Shown piece after piece: positions 10,605 to 21,479 of a DNA stretch of 35,437 nucleotides. Where the stretch lies: the NCBI GenBank assembly GCA_002256025.1, contig NKIB01000075.1, forward strand, positions 1 to 35,437, given 5' to 3'. The first letter of the stretch is position 1. Each line of letters opens with the position of its first letter. The notes under the pieces were generated by a model. The model saw nothing but the letters and a program-made list of their open reading frames with translations, did not search any database and had not been told where the DNA came from. The translations under genes and the position numbers were made by a program. The stretch comes from Asterionella formosa (Eukaryota).

Positions 10605-12746
10605 TTATGTACACTCGAAATTAGGATCAGAGTCATGGCAACAACTACATGCCACCTCACAGTCTCTGTGGAGTGCATTCAATGAAGAAATCGAACAAAT
10701 GGCGGATGGAATGGAACCAGTCAAAGAATTATCTTGCAAATTCAAGGTTTCCAATTCCAGCAACTTGCTCAGTTGCGTAGGAACCTTTCCGCTCAAAAGG
10801 TTGTTACTCAAATCCAAAAAGGAAATCAGTGCTAGATTGCCCAATGTGATCGGAATAGATTTCTTAAAATCGTTGTTAGCAAGACTCAAGTAAGTCAAAT
10901 GAGTCAAGCTACCAAGCGTGGCAGGCATTGATGTTGCAAATTGGTTGGTACTCAAATCCAAAAATTCTAGCTCTTTCAACTGGTACAATGACAAAGTTGA
11001 CGCTTGTGCAATATGGTTGTTTGCAAGATTCAAATAAGACAACTGCACCAAGTTGTTCAACTCAGTAGGAAGGGAGGAAGTCAATGCATTGTTAGACAAA
11101 TCCAAATGGTTCATTTGAGACAGTTGACCAATCTGACTTGGGATTGAGCCATAAATCCGAGTATTAGCCAAATTCATAGAGACCAGATGGGACAATGTTT
11201 TCATCTCAGTAGGAATTGTACCCCCAAGATAATTGTTATTACTCAAGTCCAAGGCAACCAGATTGGTGAAACTTGACAACCATTTTGGAACTCCATGGAG
11301 CAGCCTGTTAGAATGAAGATCAAGGAATTCCAAATTTTTCAAATTCGACAAGGAACTAGGAATCCCTCTTGCCAATCGATTTTCACTCAAATCCAGGGCG
11401 GTTAGCTTAACCAATTTGCCAAATGTAGTTGGAATGTTCAAGTTAAACCTGTTTCCACTCAAATCCATGGTGCTCAAATCCGTCAATTCTCCTAGTTGAA
11501 AAGGAATTGCACCGCGAAAGTGGTTATCTTCCAAGTCAATGCTCTTCAGCTTGGTCAACTTTTCCAAATCAGGAGGAAGTGCTCCCGTCAAGACGTTAGC
11601 ACTCAAATCCAAGGTGGTGAGTTGGGTCAAGTTGCCTAGGTGGGGTGAAACACGACCTGAAAAGTTCGCATTGCTCAAATCCAAGAACGACAACATTGTT
11701 AGCTGCCCCAATTCTGATGGTATTGCCAAGTTCCAAAAGTTGTGACTCATGTCCATGTAGGTCAGCTTTGACCAATGAATAGGAAGTGCACCACCAGCAA
11801 AGCGGTTGTGACTCAAGTCCAAGTATCCCAAAGAGGACAACGGAAATGCAGAATTAAATCTTGAGAAAGAGTTATGGCTCAAATCCAAGATGGCAAGATT
11901 TTTGATCTGGCGAAGTATTCCAATTGGAAAGGGTCCTTGAAGAATGTTTGCCTTCAAATGCAGGGAAACTAACATACTCAAAGAACCCAATTCAGAAGGA
12001 ATGGATCCAAAAAGGAGGTTTCCACTTAAGCTCAGGAATGTCAGACTGGTAAGTTTACCAAATTCTGTAGGAATGATACCTGAATGGACATTATTACTCA
12101 AATCAATCCTTGTGAGCCGACTCAGCTTCCCCAGCTCTGTAGGGATTGCCTCCGGATCAAAATAGTTATGACTCAAATCCAATTCAGTCAGCTTTGTCAA
12201 CTTGCCCATTTCGGTAGGAATTCGTCCCACAAAGTGTTTGTTACGACTCAAATTGAGTGCGGTCAAGAGAGATAACTTGCTTAATTCCCTTGGGATTGAT
12301 CCTTCAAGATTGTTTTGACTCAAGTCCAAATTCTTCAACCCAGTCAACTTTCCCAATTCAGTAGGAATCATTCCTTTTAGGTTGTTTGAACTCAAATCCA
12401 AATTGGTCAGGCTAGTCAATCCAACAATGCGTTTTGGAATAATCCTGTATGAAGTACCTGTGACAGTTAAATCGGTAGTGAGGCTGCAAGAGTAGACCTT
12501 TCCAAACAACTGCACCCTGTTATTGTTGCATGCCTGAGTACATTCAAAATTCTGATCTAAATAGGACCCTGACTGACAGGAGGATATGTCTGATAGTGCA
12601 ACTGTCGCCAGCAAGCCTCGCAAGGAAGGGTGAACCTCATTTGGCTGTGTCCCACCTTTTTCCTCATCTGTGTTGAAATTGATAAGTGACGATTCTGCCA
12701 CAATGGATGTGGCAAGAACGTGAACAATGGCATGAAGGAGCTTCAT
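10605..12746 (-). CDS. Secreted leucine-rich-repeat protein (plant-type LRR, about 24 repeats, no TM or kinase), 713 aa
   Basis: Repeats follow LxxLxxLDLSxNxLxGxIPxELG. Start moved from 12869 to 12746, where a signal-peptide-like MKLLHAIVHVLATSIVA begins. The C-terminal cap DCEVACSCC is typical of diatom LRR proteins. Confidence 0.93.
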   Translation of the reverse strand: MKLLHAIVHVLATSIVAESSLINFNTDEEKGGTQPNEVHPSLRGLLATVALSDISSCQSGSYLDQNFECTQACNNNRVQLFGKVYSCSLTTDLTVTGTSYRIIPKRIVGLTSLTNLDLSSNNLKGMIPTELGKLTGLKNLDLSQNNLEGSIPRELSKLSLLTALNLSRNKHFVGRIPTEMGKLTKLTELDLSHNYFDPEAIPTELGKLSRLTRIDLSNNVHSGIIPTEFGKLTSLTFLSLSGNLLFGSIPSELGSLSMLVSLHLKANILQGPFPIGILRQIKNLAILDLSHNSFSRFNSAFPLSSLGYLDLSHNRFAGGALPIHWSKLTYMDMSHNFWNLAIPSELGQLTMLSFLDLSNANFSGRVSPHLGNLTQLTTLDLSANVLTGALPPDLEKLTKLKSIDLEDNHFRGAIPFQLGELTDLSTMDLSGNRFNLNIPTTFGKLVKLTALDLSENRLARGIPSSLSNLKNLEFLDLHSNRLLHGVPKWLSSFTNLVALDLSNNNYLGGTIPTEMKTLSHLVSMNLANTRIYGSIPSQIGQLSQMNHLDLSNNALTSSLPTELNNLVQLSYLNLANNHIAQASTLSLYQLKELEFLDLSTNQFATSMPATLGSLTHLTYLSLANNDFKKSIPITLGNLALISFLDLSNNLLSGKVPTQLSKLLELETLNLQDNSLTGSIPSAICSISSLNALHRDCEVACSCCHDSDPNFECT

Positions 12747-13841
12747 TTTTTGATGTTGTGCATTTGGTTTTCTGGTTTTGAACAATGTTCGCTGTTTTTT
12801 TGTGAGGCAGATTTGAAGTGCAAAAGTACATTTGCAAATCTCCTCACTTTTGTTATTGCCATTCGTCAATCAAGACTGCTGCACATGTACTGGGTACCAG
12901 GTAGTATGGTTCGCAATTTGTACATCTGGTGTTATTATATAGACGCGAATATTTCTGGTATCATGTTAAGTAATTGTCAATGGAAATTTAGTGTTCGCTT
13001 CGCAAGTTGGAGGAGGGTGAACGATAACAAATCAATTGATTGGAGGAAAAAGTGTCAGCGTGATGTCAAAAGAATGCGAACGAATCAGTGATTGATTAAA
13101 GGAATAAGTGAGAAAGTGATGTATTACGAATGCAAACGAAACAATTGATAAAAGGTACTCGGAGTACTGGTATTCTATTTTCCTGAGCAATAACGGTCTA
13201 AATATACCAGTACCAGGTACTCGGAGTATGGTACCATGTACCATATCGTACTTGGGTTTGTTTGACAATGGTACCAGGTGCCATGGTACTGGTACCCGTA
13301 CTTTAATAACAGGTTGATACAATACTGGAAACAACCAGTCCGTCATGCATGACATACCGTATGCTTGTTCATCCACACTGATACGATAGCTCCAAAGAGT
13401 CACAATGTATCACCCATAAGAGAGATACCGGTATAGGGAGCAATACAATGGAAGCTAAAACAAAGCTTTGCGATTGATTTGGAGACATTTTGACTCTAAA
13501 GCATTGCAATTCATTTTCGCAAAAACTTTTGAAATCCCTTAGCATGTGCTATATCATGAATAAGGCATACATACCGGCAAAGCTTGAAGGCAAGCTCAAT
13601 AGCTATAACAATTAGCGATGTTATTGCTGCATGAACACCATGCAATGATGATGCAACAACCATGAAATTCAACAGCTCACATTTGTAAGCTGAACGAAAG
13701 GTTAAAGCCATCGCCTTTGCAACAATCATGGATCAATCATCCAAAGAGAGGAATACCAGAAGCAAGAAAATTCAAAAAACCACGTTATAGACAGGGATTG
13801 ATTGTTATTCCCTACTGTTTACACCATGTCAATCCTTCAAG

Positions 13842-15515
13842 TCACCCCCGCAACGTAAATTTCACTCTTACAGTTTTAGGTCCACTGATAAACGCATCAA
13901 CAATAGTGACAGCGTCCCCAGCTGAATCGACACGAAACTTGGATAAAATGCCCAGGACTGTCATTTTGAGTTCCTTTTCGGCCAACTGTACTCCAACGCA
14001 CATTTTTGGTCCAGCACCAAAGGCGAAAAAATACCCAGGCTTGACTGGTTTGAGGTGCCCGACGTTGTCGATCCATCGCTCGGGTTGAAACAATTCGGGG
14101 TTCGGATATACATTTTCATCTCGGTGCAACAAAAAACAGGGAATGAGCACCTGCCTTCCTTTAGGGACGACAACATCCTTGTCGCTTCCAAGCAGGTGCT
14201 TTGAGATAAAAATATCCTGTTGGGCCCGTCGCTGCAACAAAGGAGCAATTGGCTGGAGTCGTTGGGATTCTCGAATGCAGGCCGAGAGAAATGGAAGGGG
14301 GTGCTTCTTGAGAATCTCCCCAAAATCTTTGCCACCCTCTTGCAATGCACTGTCAATGTATTTATGTAACGTCTCCTGGATGTCGGGATGTGTCGCAATA
14401 TGATGGAAAAAGATACTAAGTGTGGCCGATGTTGTATCGTGCCCAGCAAACATAAAGGCAATTATATCATCAAGAATAGAGTCATCATCATATCCATATA
14501 CTTTCTTTTCTCTAGAGGCAGCCAGAACAATGCTCATAAGATAATCCTTTTGAGACCCTTCCTCAACTTGTCTTGCTTTTTCCTTCTCCAACAGAGAGGT
14601 GGCAAACTGACGTAACTTAATACCCTCTTTGCGGCGCCGAATTTCAACAGGTAATAAACCAATGGGGGCCAAAAGCTTGATTTTGACCCACAAAAATGGA
14701 TCAAAGAGGTATTCTGAAAACAAACGAGTCGATATGTCCATAGCTTCAATCAACAAGCTCGATTTTGATTCATGAACCATGTCTGCTTGAAATCCCAAAG
14801 AGGTTTTGCAAATGACTTCAAAAGCAAAATCTTGTAGAATTGGTTTTAAATCAAAAGCACCGTCGTCTTGACTATCAGTAGGCGCAGTGCACGCTAACCC
14901 ATATAATTTTGCAAGCAGGGAATGTATACTTTCATTGATATCCTTTTCCATGGCTCTTACATGTATTTGGTCAAATGCCGGCTGCAGCAGTCGTCGACGG
15001 GTCTTCCAATCTCCAATGGTGTCGGACAGATTGAAGAGATCCAATCCCTTCATATGGAAAACCTTGACCCAAAGGAAGTTTTGTCTAAATCTCGTCAGAT
15101 GATCATCTGGGCCTTCCAGATCGCCTCGGTCCATCGATTTCATGACCGTTTTGCAAAAGACAGGATCGTTGACAAGCACAACTCTTCTTCCCTCTAAGAA
15201 GACCAGTTCCACGACTGGTCCATACTCCTTGCACAAGTGACGGATAGATTCTTGAATATTCCCTTTGGATATCAAGGACAACATATTTCCAACAATTGGG
15301 TATGGAATGGGACCAGGAAAGTCCAGTGCTAGCACATTCTGAATAAATTTCCAGGAATTGAGCAGAAGGAGCGTCGAGAGGGCAACAATCACAGCGGAGA
15401 ATGCGTCGAAATCTTGGCCTTGATGCAACAAGCAAGATATGTAATATACGAGTGCCACATGGACAAGAATAAGGACTGTCAGCGGGATTATAGTTCGAAG
15501 TTGAAGGCCCGGCAT
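13842..15515 (-). CDS. Cytochrome P450, microsomal type, 557 aa
   Basis: N-terminal hydrophobic anchor, PGPIPYPIVGN hinge, WKTRR, I-helix AGHDTT, ExxR (ESQR), PERW and heme motif FGAGPKMCVG. Confidence 0.96.
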   Translation of the reverse strand: MPGLQLRTIIPLTVLILVHVALVYYISCLLHQGQDFDAFSAVIVALSTLLLLNSWKFIQNVLALDFPGPIPYPIVGNMLSLISKGNIQESIRHLCKEYGPVVELVFLEGRRVVLVNDPVFCKTVMKSMDRGDLEGPDDHLTRFRQNFLWVKVFHMKGLDLFNLSDTIGDWKTRRRLLQPAFDQIHVRAMEKDINESIHSLLAKLYGLACTAPTDSQDDGAFDLKPILQDFAFEVICKTSLGFQADMVHESKSSLLIEAMDISTRLFSEYLFDPFLWVKIKLLAPIGLLPVEIRRRKEGIKLRQFATSLLEKEKARQVEEGSQKDYLMSIVLAASREKKVYGYDDDSILDDIIAFMFAGHDTTSATLSIFFHHIATHPDIQETLHKYIDSALQEGGKDFGEILKKHPLPFLSACIRESQRLQPIAPLLQRRAQQDIFISKHLLGSDKDVVVPKGRQVLIPCFLLHRDENVYPNPELFQPERWIDNVGHLKPVKPGYFFAFGAGPKMCVGVQLAEKELKMTVLGILSKFRVDSAGDAVTIVDAFISGPKTVRVKFTLRG

Positions 15516-16068
15516 GGTTGATTTGGTTTTCCTTTCCTTGCCAGCGATGCAGTTGAGGATTGATTCGGATCTTCCAAAAAGTCCATTCCCCCAATTCTTG
15601 CTTTCTCAATGAATGTGCATTCTTGCAGAGATCTGCGAGCCCAAAATCCAGACCAAGGTTACAATTATTCTGTAGAACAAATACCGGTACATCGTTTTCC
15701 ATATTTTATACTTATTCTGTATCTGGTACCAGTGACCAGGGACCAGGTATCATGACACCTGATGGCTGAAGATCCTATTTATTACTACCGGGTTATAAAT
15801 GTGATGCATAAAATCCGTACCAGTTAGTTTATGATATCTAACAAAAACAATGTTTGCTACATACCGGTATATGTATGTCATCAGGTATGACATATGATTG
15901 TATGATGATGATGTCTAAAATGAATGGATGGATGATGGCTTTGATGATTTTATAGCTAAATTACAACGAACGAACGAACGAGCGAACATTGTCCCGACTG
16001 CCAACCGGATATCTTCGACGCTCCTCGATGAGAAATTGATACAGACCCGCAGATACTATTCCCTCATC
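15516..16068. promoter_or_regulatory. Probable bidirectional promoter region between P450 and Z-ISO
   Basis: Divergent starts ~550 bp apart. Dyads CAGGTATCATGACACCTG (15744-15761) and TATGTCAT-n5-ATGACATA (15874-15894). Function is inferred from position only. Confidence 0.4.
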
Positions 16069-17244
16069 ATGGCTCTCCTCTCGCATCGAATCGGTCTCCC
16101 ATGTTTGATCACAGCTGCTTACGTCTTTTCGAACTTTGCCTCGTCCTTCCAGATTCCATCGACAATCGCGATTCGTAGCCACTGCAAGTCCGCCTCTGTC
16201 CCACCGAAATACTCGAACGAAGAGTCAGCCTTGACATTGAACATGAGCGAGCTTCCCAATCCTGTGGATTTTCTCGCCAAGTCGTCCCTCTCCGATCGCT
16301 CCAAGGACCTATTGGTCGGGGAAGATGCTGGCCTGTTTGATATTAGCAAAGAAGAATGGGGCGCACTTGGGGAAAGAGGATGGCTCACCTTTAGCGCTGC
16401 CGTTGGAGCTATTTTGACAGCCGTTGCTGTGTTGTGGGTGTATTCCCCAACTGGCTATGGAGATGATTTCCTTGCCTTTCTGGAAAAGATTTCAGGAGGA
16501 AACCCTCATTTGATCACATTAATGTTTGGTATCATCTTCCCACTGGTGCACTCGGGCCTGGCATCACTTCGACCACTTGGAGAAAAGATTGTGGGAGCAC
16601 GAGCCTGGCGAGTCATTTTTGCCTTTCCTAGTCTATGCTTGGCATATTCGTGGATTACCTACTTTATTGCTCATGCACATGACGGTATTGTCTTTTGGGA
16701 TCTCTCCCAGGTTGGGGCAGTCCATGCTGCTGCATGGACAGTCAATTTCGCTTCCTTTTTGTTCCTTTATCCTACTGTCTTCAATCTCAAGGAAGTGGCA
16801 GCCGTTGAAATTCCTAAAATTCACTTGTGGGAGACTGGCATAATTCGCATTTCCCGTCATCCTCAGTTTGTTGGTCAGTGCATGTGGAGTGCGGCTCATT
16901 TGGCCATGGTAGGGAGCACATTTACGGCATTGACAATGGCACTGCTTGTGGGACATCATTACTTTGCGTGTTGGAATGGTGATCGCAGACTGTTGGCACA
17001 GCATGGAGAAAGCTTTTTGAAAATCAAAGAACGAACATCAGTTATTCCTTTCAAGGCAATTCTAGAGGGGAGGCAGATTCTCCCAAAAGATTACTATAAA
17101 GAGCTATTGAGAGCCCCATATGCGCTTATTGCAGCTGGATCCATTGGTGCATATTTTGCGCATCCCTACATGCAAGCAGGTGCTGCACTTGTGAAGAATA
17201 CTGGGTTGGTGCAAGGAGGAATACTGGATGGACTTTTTCCGTAA
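16069..17244 (+). CDS. Z-ISO: 15-cis-zeta-carotene isomerase (NnrU family), plastid-targeted
   Basis: [35 protein letters not shown] and [21 protein letters not shown] match Z-ISO. Starting at 16069 rather than 15928 gives a signal peptide followed by ASSF (ASAFAP-like). Confidence 0.92.
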   Translation: MALLSHRIGLPCLITAAYVFSNFASSFQIPSTIAIRSHCKSASVPPKYSNEESALTLNMSELPNPVDFLAKSSLSDRSKDLLVGEDAGLFDISKEEWGALGERGWLTFSAAVGAILTAVAVLWVYSPTGYGDDFLAFLEKISGGNPHLITLMFGIIFPLVHSGLASLRPLGEKIVGARAWRVIFAFPSLCLAYSWITYFIAHAHDGIVFWDLSQVGAVHAAAWTVNFASFLFLYPTVFNLKEVAAVEIPKIHLWETGIIRISRHPQFVGQCMWSAAHLAMVGSTFTALTMALLVGHHYFACWNGDRRLLAQHGESFLKIKERTSVIPFKAILEGRQILPKDYYKELLRAPYALIAAGSIGAYFAHPYMQAGAALVKNTGLVQGGILDGLFP

Positions 17245-18173
17245 TATGCAGTACAATATCAGGGAAATCACCAGAAGTAAGCAGTTTTAAGTAGCTTAAA
17301 TGGTTGTTTTACTGCTTCCTTTGTAGTTACAATGATAAAGCCATTGCTAAAAACAAAATCCACTATGAATTCCCGGATTTAGGATTAGTCTGTGGTCATT
17401 TTCATTGTTTGCTGAAGATGCAAAGCAAGAGATCAACAATCCCCTGACATTTTTCTGCAGTCAAATCAATATTTTACATCCAGTGAGAAGGAAAGCTGCA
17501 ATTTAGGGTCAGTGTACACATTTCAATGAAAATTTACATTTCCAAGATATTAGAGAGTCAGAAATGACTGTTTCCATTGTTGTCAAATTGTTTATAGCAA
17601 CTTTTTCATTCTTGACATGTGACCCAGCTTAATTTTTGTTGCAACTCATTTATATCCAACACCAAAATGACTTGATTGGCAATAGATTATGAAAATGTGT
17701 TATCCAAATGCCCTATCAACCATGACCAAATCCTTTGGCCTTTGTGGAATCCCTTGTTGTCACCCAGCAAGTTTTGTCTATTTAATTAGCATTAATAACC
17801 TTCACAATATTTGGCATATGCCAGCTACAACAGTGATTGTCCTTTTTTGTTGGTATTGGCACCAGTTTGATGGACTTCTGTTTTGAATGTTAGTATCATG
17901 CTGAGTGGATGTAGCAAGGAATTCACTACTATTTATCATGCCAATAAATCATTGTTTTAGTAGTTGGATATGTGTTGCCTTCCTCTACCTTGTTAGTCAT
18001 TAGCAATGGACCTGACATAAAATCCAGAATACCCAATTGCAGATATGGAAAGGTGCAGCAGATGATCATTGTACTAAAATCTTTCCATGCTTAAGCAATG
18101 TGCTCCATATAAATCAACTACATAGGCAGGTTGTTTATAGACACAACAAAGGGGGTCATTCATTATTTTGGAT
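17245..18173. other. Strongly CpG-depleted segment, probably a decayed methylated repeat
   Basis: Only one CG dinucleotide (~17374) found by eye in ~930 bp, whereas the flanking DNA has many. No intact ORF. Confidence 0.5.
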
Positions 18174-19331
18174 CGGGCAAGTGCTATGTATTCTTGGCAT
18201 TTTCTAAAGCCCAAGGTGAGCGATGCCCATACCGGTAAGTGGTTAGAAACAAGAGGGAACTGGTACCGCGGCAAATGCATGAAAAGTACCAGTATAGGTA
18301 CTTGTGAGAAGAAGAAAAATATCACTCAAGAGAAAGGGTTCTGGATATATATTGTACATCTAATAAATACCGCGAGGTCGCTGTTTTGCATAATAAGTCG
18401 GCCTTTAAAAATCGGTACTGGTAATGGCAATTGTACTGGATGTAAATGTTTAGCTATTTTTATCCCATATCAAATAGTTTATTTAAGCAGAATGACCGCA
18501 ACTTGCTGGTAGTTTCGATTCGAGGATGCGATGACCCTTCCCTTGTCGTGTTTCCCACATTCTGGCATAAACTCCTACCAGGTTGTGCACCGAGGGCTAG
18601 AGTTACTATGTCTCATCTGGGACGACATGACACGGAACGGCACATCGCTCCGGTATTCATGATATAATGAGAATATACAGTTAGTTATTTAATAATGTAG
18701 CATCATATCGTAGGTGCTAGGATCATCCCTCTATCTATACAAAAAATAAAGTCACATTCTTCAAGAGGATGCATCTGTTCCACGGTGGCATGATTACCGG
18801 TACCAGGTACTATTCTGAATACAAGCAAGTTGCTCCTTCTCGGGGTACCAGTTACCAGTGAAAAGTACTGGAGAACTGCCTGCTACCAGTATTTCGTTCC
18901 GATACTCACGGTAAGTAATAAATCCTATGTACGCTATGGAATGGCAGCAACGGTACCGGTATATAAACAACAGAATTCCGGTAGTAATTTAAAACCAAGC
19001 AACGAGATCAATTTCGTCATTTTATGTCATTATGAAATTCGATTGACTGTGAGCTGACGTAAAATTGATGACTCCCAAACAATCACAGTTTCACAGCATC
19101 AATCTCCTCCCGCATTTCTTATTGTTGCTTGTGAGAGTGGTACCAGGTGCTTTCAGTATCTCACAAGGCAGGAGTCTGAAGTACCGTGTACCGGTATTCG
19201 TTTGAGGAATTGAATCATATTCAATCTGACGAATCAGACGATTGTGAAACTCAGCTGCCATTACTTGCTTCTACATTGCCATCCGTTCGCTGCTTCTATT
19301 TGCAGTCGCCGTTCTTTATTCGGCGACGTCA

Positions 19332-21479
19332 ATGAAGCTGAGAGAAATCATGACGGACAGCGGAAACGAAGAAGAGGAACCTGACATTGTCGACGAAGTG
19401 CAGGGCACTCATTCCAAGAACGATGCCCTCGTCGCCATCGTTCCAGTCGCCATGCAGTCGACGCCCTCGTTGGCGGCCATGGCCTTGGCGATCACGGCCC
19501 AAGGTTGGAAAATTCTGGGGCACGGAACGGACGCAAATGTGATGGAATCGGCTGATTTTACCATTACTGTCGAACGCGCCACGTCTCTGATCCTCATTCG
19601 ACTGGTGGCATTACTTTCAGACCGGAATCAGCAACTAGAACTCCCTGATCCAAACATTCCAACATACACTGACCTATCCACCACGACCATCTGTCGGTCA
19701 GCCCTGGTGCGCGGAAAACCGTGGGCACCGCCCATTTCAGCTGCTCTGATCCAGCAAGTTAGAGACTATGTCCGGAGGATTCTGGGAAAATACAACGGAG
19801 TGTACTATCATAACTTTGAGCACGCATATCACGTCACGTTGTCGTGCAACAAACTCCTGGACATGATTCTCAACGAAAGCGATAATTCAACAGATAGACA
19901 CGGCAGACGCCATGAATTCAAGTTTCGTAGCAAAACATATGGACTCAAATCAGACCCACTCATGCAACTCGCGCTCGTTTTTTCGGCGCTAATTCATGAC
20001 TTGGAACACAGAGGCGTGCCCAATCGACAATTAGTGTTGGAATCCGACGACTTGGCCATTCTCTATAACGACCAATCCGTTGCAGAGCAGCGATCCCTCG
20101 CCGTCGCCTTTTCAGAACTCATGAAGGAAGAATTCACCTTTTTACGTAACGTTATGTTTGACACACCAGAAGAATACAGACGCTTCCGACAGGCAGTTAT
20201 TAACTTGGTTTTGTCCACCGACGTTGCTTCCCCGGAAAGAACGCAGCTGACAAAATCTAAATGGACAGAGGCATTTGGGCCGACTCAAGAATCCCTTGAC
20301 CGCAAGTCCCGTCGAGCCGTCTTTGTCGCCAGCAAGGTACCTGCCAAAACCAAAACCTCTACTGGACATTTGTCTAGTTCCTCATCCAGCATTGGGATTA
20401 CCAAGGAGGCTAGTTTGCCCCTTAACATCAGAGAGCCAACTCGTTCCACAGATCCATCGACAGGTTTATCGAATCGTTTGGTGGCATTTAGTGAAGTCAC
20501 TATCGATGCCGCCTTGCTCAATAGGGCTGCAGCTGTTGAACATTTGACTAACATTGAATCCGAAGAAGAAACCACGTCAGCAACACCAGAGTCAACAGAT
20601 GGTTTGGAGGAGTACTCGGAAGGTGAGATGTTGGATGCCAGTGACGGATTCATATTTACTGCTAGCACAATGCCTTCAGACACTACTACGGGTACCGCGT
20701 CGGCAAATGCTCCGCGTGCAATGCCCAGAAAGACACGTTGCTCCTCATTGCAGCCAGGATATGGAGGATCGACTCACAACAACCACGACACGCTACACCA
20801 AAAAAGACATAGCACAAGTCAGTTTATGGGGAGCTTTGATGAACAGTCAATGTCGGCCATGAGTTGTCCAACTCCTCTGGCTCAACGAATGAGAGGTACT
20901 ATGAATCGCCGTTATAGCAATCCCGTTGATGCAAAGACACATAGTGTTCGCTTGGGTATTCGTCGGTCGCTCGACTTGACAGGAGAACAAATTGAACATT
21001 ATGTAGCATCAACTCGTTCTCCGAATCCATCGCGATCAACGACTAGTGTTGTCGACTCATCCAGCGCCAATGTTGATTGGGACGCTGATGAATCAGATCC
21101 ACTAAAGATATCGGTGGTAATGGAGCAAATAATGCGGTCGGCAGACGTTAGTGCAAATATGCAGAGTTTTGAGCATATGGAGAAATGGTCGCATCGATTA
21201 TTCTTTGAGCTCAAGGCATCCTTCCATGATGGTCGAGGTGAAGATCCGCAAAATGGTTGGTACGAAAATCAAATAACCTTTTTGGATTCCTACATTTTGC
21301 CATTGGCAAGACGCATGGACGATACTGGTGTTTTCGGTGAAATGGGCAAACAATTTGCTGTAATTGTTCTTCACAATCGAGATCGGTGGGTTATTGATGG
21401 TTGTGCTAGCACATCACATGTGATACAAGAGTGGAACATGGTTGCGGCAAAGGAAGGGAGCAAAGTGGATACAAGATAG
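19332..21479 (+). CDS. 3',5'-cyclic nucleotide phosphodiesterase (class I, HD domain) family protein with a long low-complexity insertion, 715 aa
   Basis: YHNFEHAYHV, LIHDLEHRGVPN, LYNDQSVAEQRS, LSTD, ADVS, KWSHRLFFE and WYENQITFLDSYILPLA. Confidence 0.9.
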   Translation: MKLREIMTDSGNEEEEPDIVDEVQGTHSKNDALVAIVPVAMQSTPSLAAMALAITAQGWKILGHGTDANVMESADFTITVERATSLILIRLVALLSDRNQQLELPDPNIPTYTDLSTTTICRSALVRGKPWAPPISAALIQQVRDYVRRILGKYNGVYYHNFEHAYHVTLSCNKLLDMILNESDNSTDRHGRRHEFKFRSKTYGLKSDPLMQLALVFSALIHDLEHRGVPNRQLVLESDDLAILYNDQSVAEQRSLAVAFSELMKEEFTFLRNVMFDTPEEYRRFRQAVINLVLSTDVASPERTQLTKSKWTEAFGPTQESLDRKSRRAVFVASKVPAKTKTSTGHLSSSSSSIGITKEASLPLNIREPTRSTDPSTGLSNRLVAFSEVTIDAALLNRAAAVEHLTNIESEEETTSATPESTDGLEEYSEGEMLDASDGFIFTASTMPSDTTTGTASANAPRAMPRKTRCSSLQPGYGGSTHNNHDTLHQKRHSTSQFMGSFDEQSMSAMSCPTPLAQRMRGTMNRRYSNPVDAKTHSVRLGIRRSLDLTGEQIEHYVASTRSPNPSRSTTSVVDSSSANVDWDADESDPLKISVVMEQIMRSADVSANMQSFEHMEKWSHRLFFELKASFHDGRGEDPQNGWYENQITFLDSYILPLARRMDDTGVFGEMGKQFAVIVLHNRDRWVIDGCASTSHVIQEWNMVAAKEGSKVDTR

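Noticed and set aside
12747..12869. ORF-track N-terminal extension of the LRR gene (same issue for Z-ISO 15928-16068)
   Set aside because: Downstream ATGs place a signal peptide at the N-terminus, so the extensions are probably UTR.
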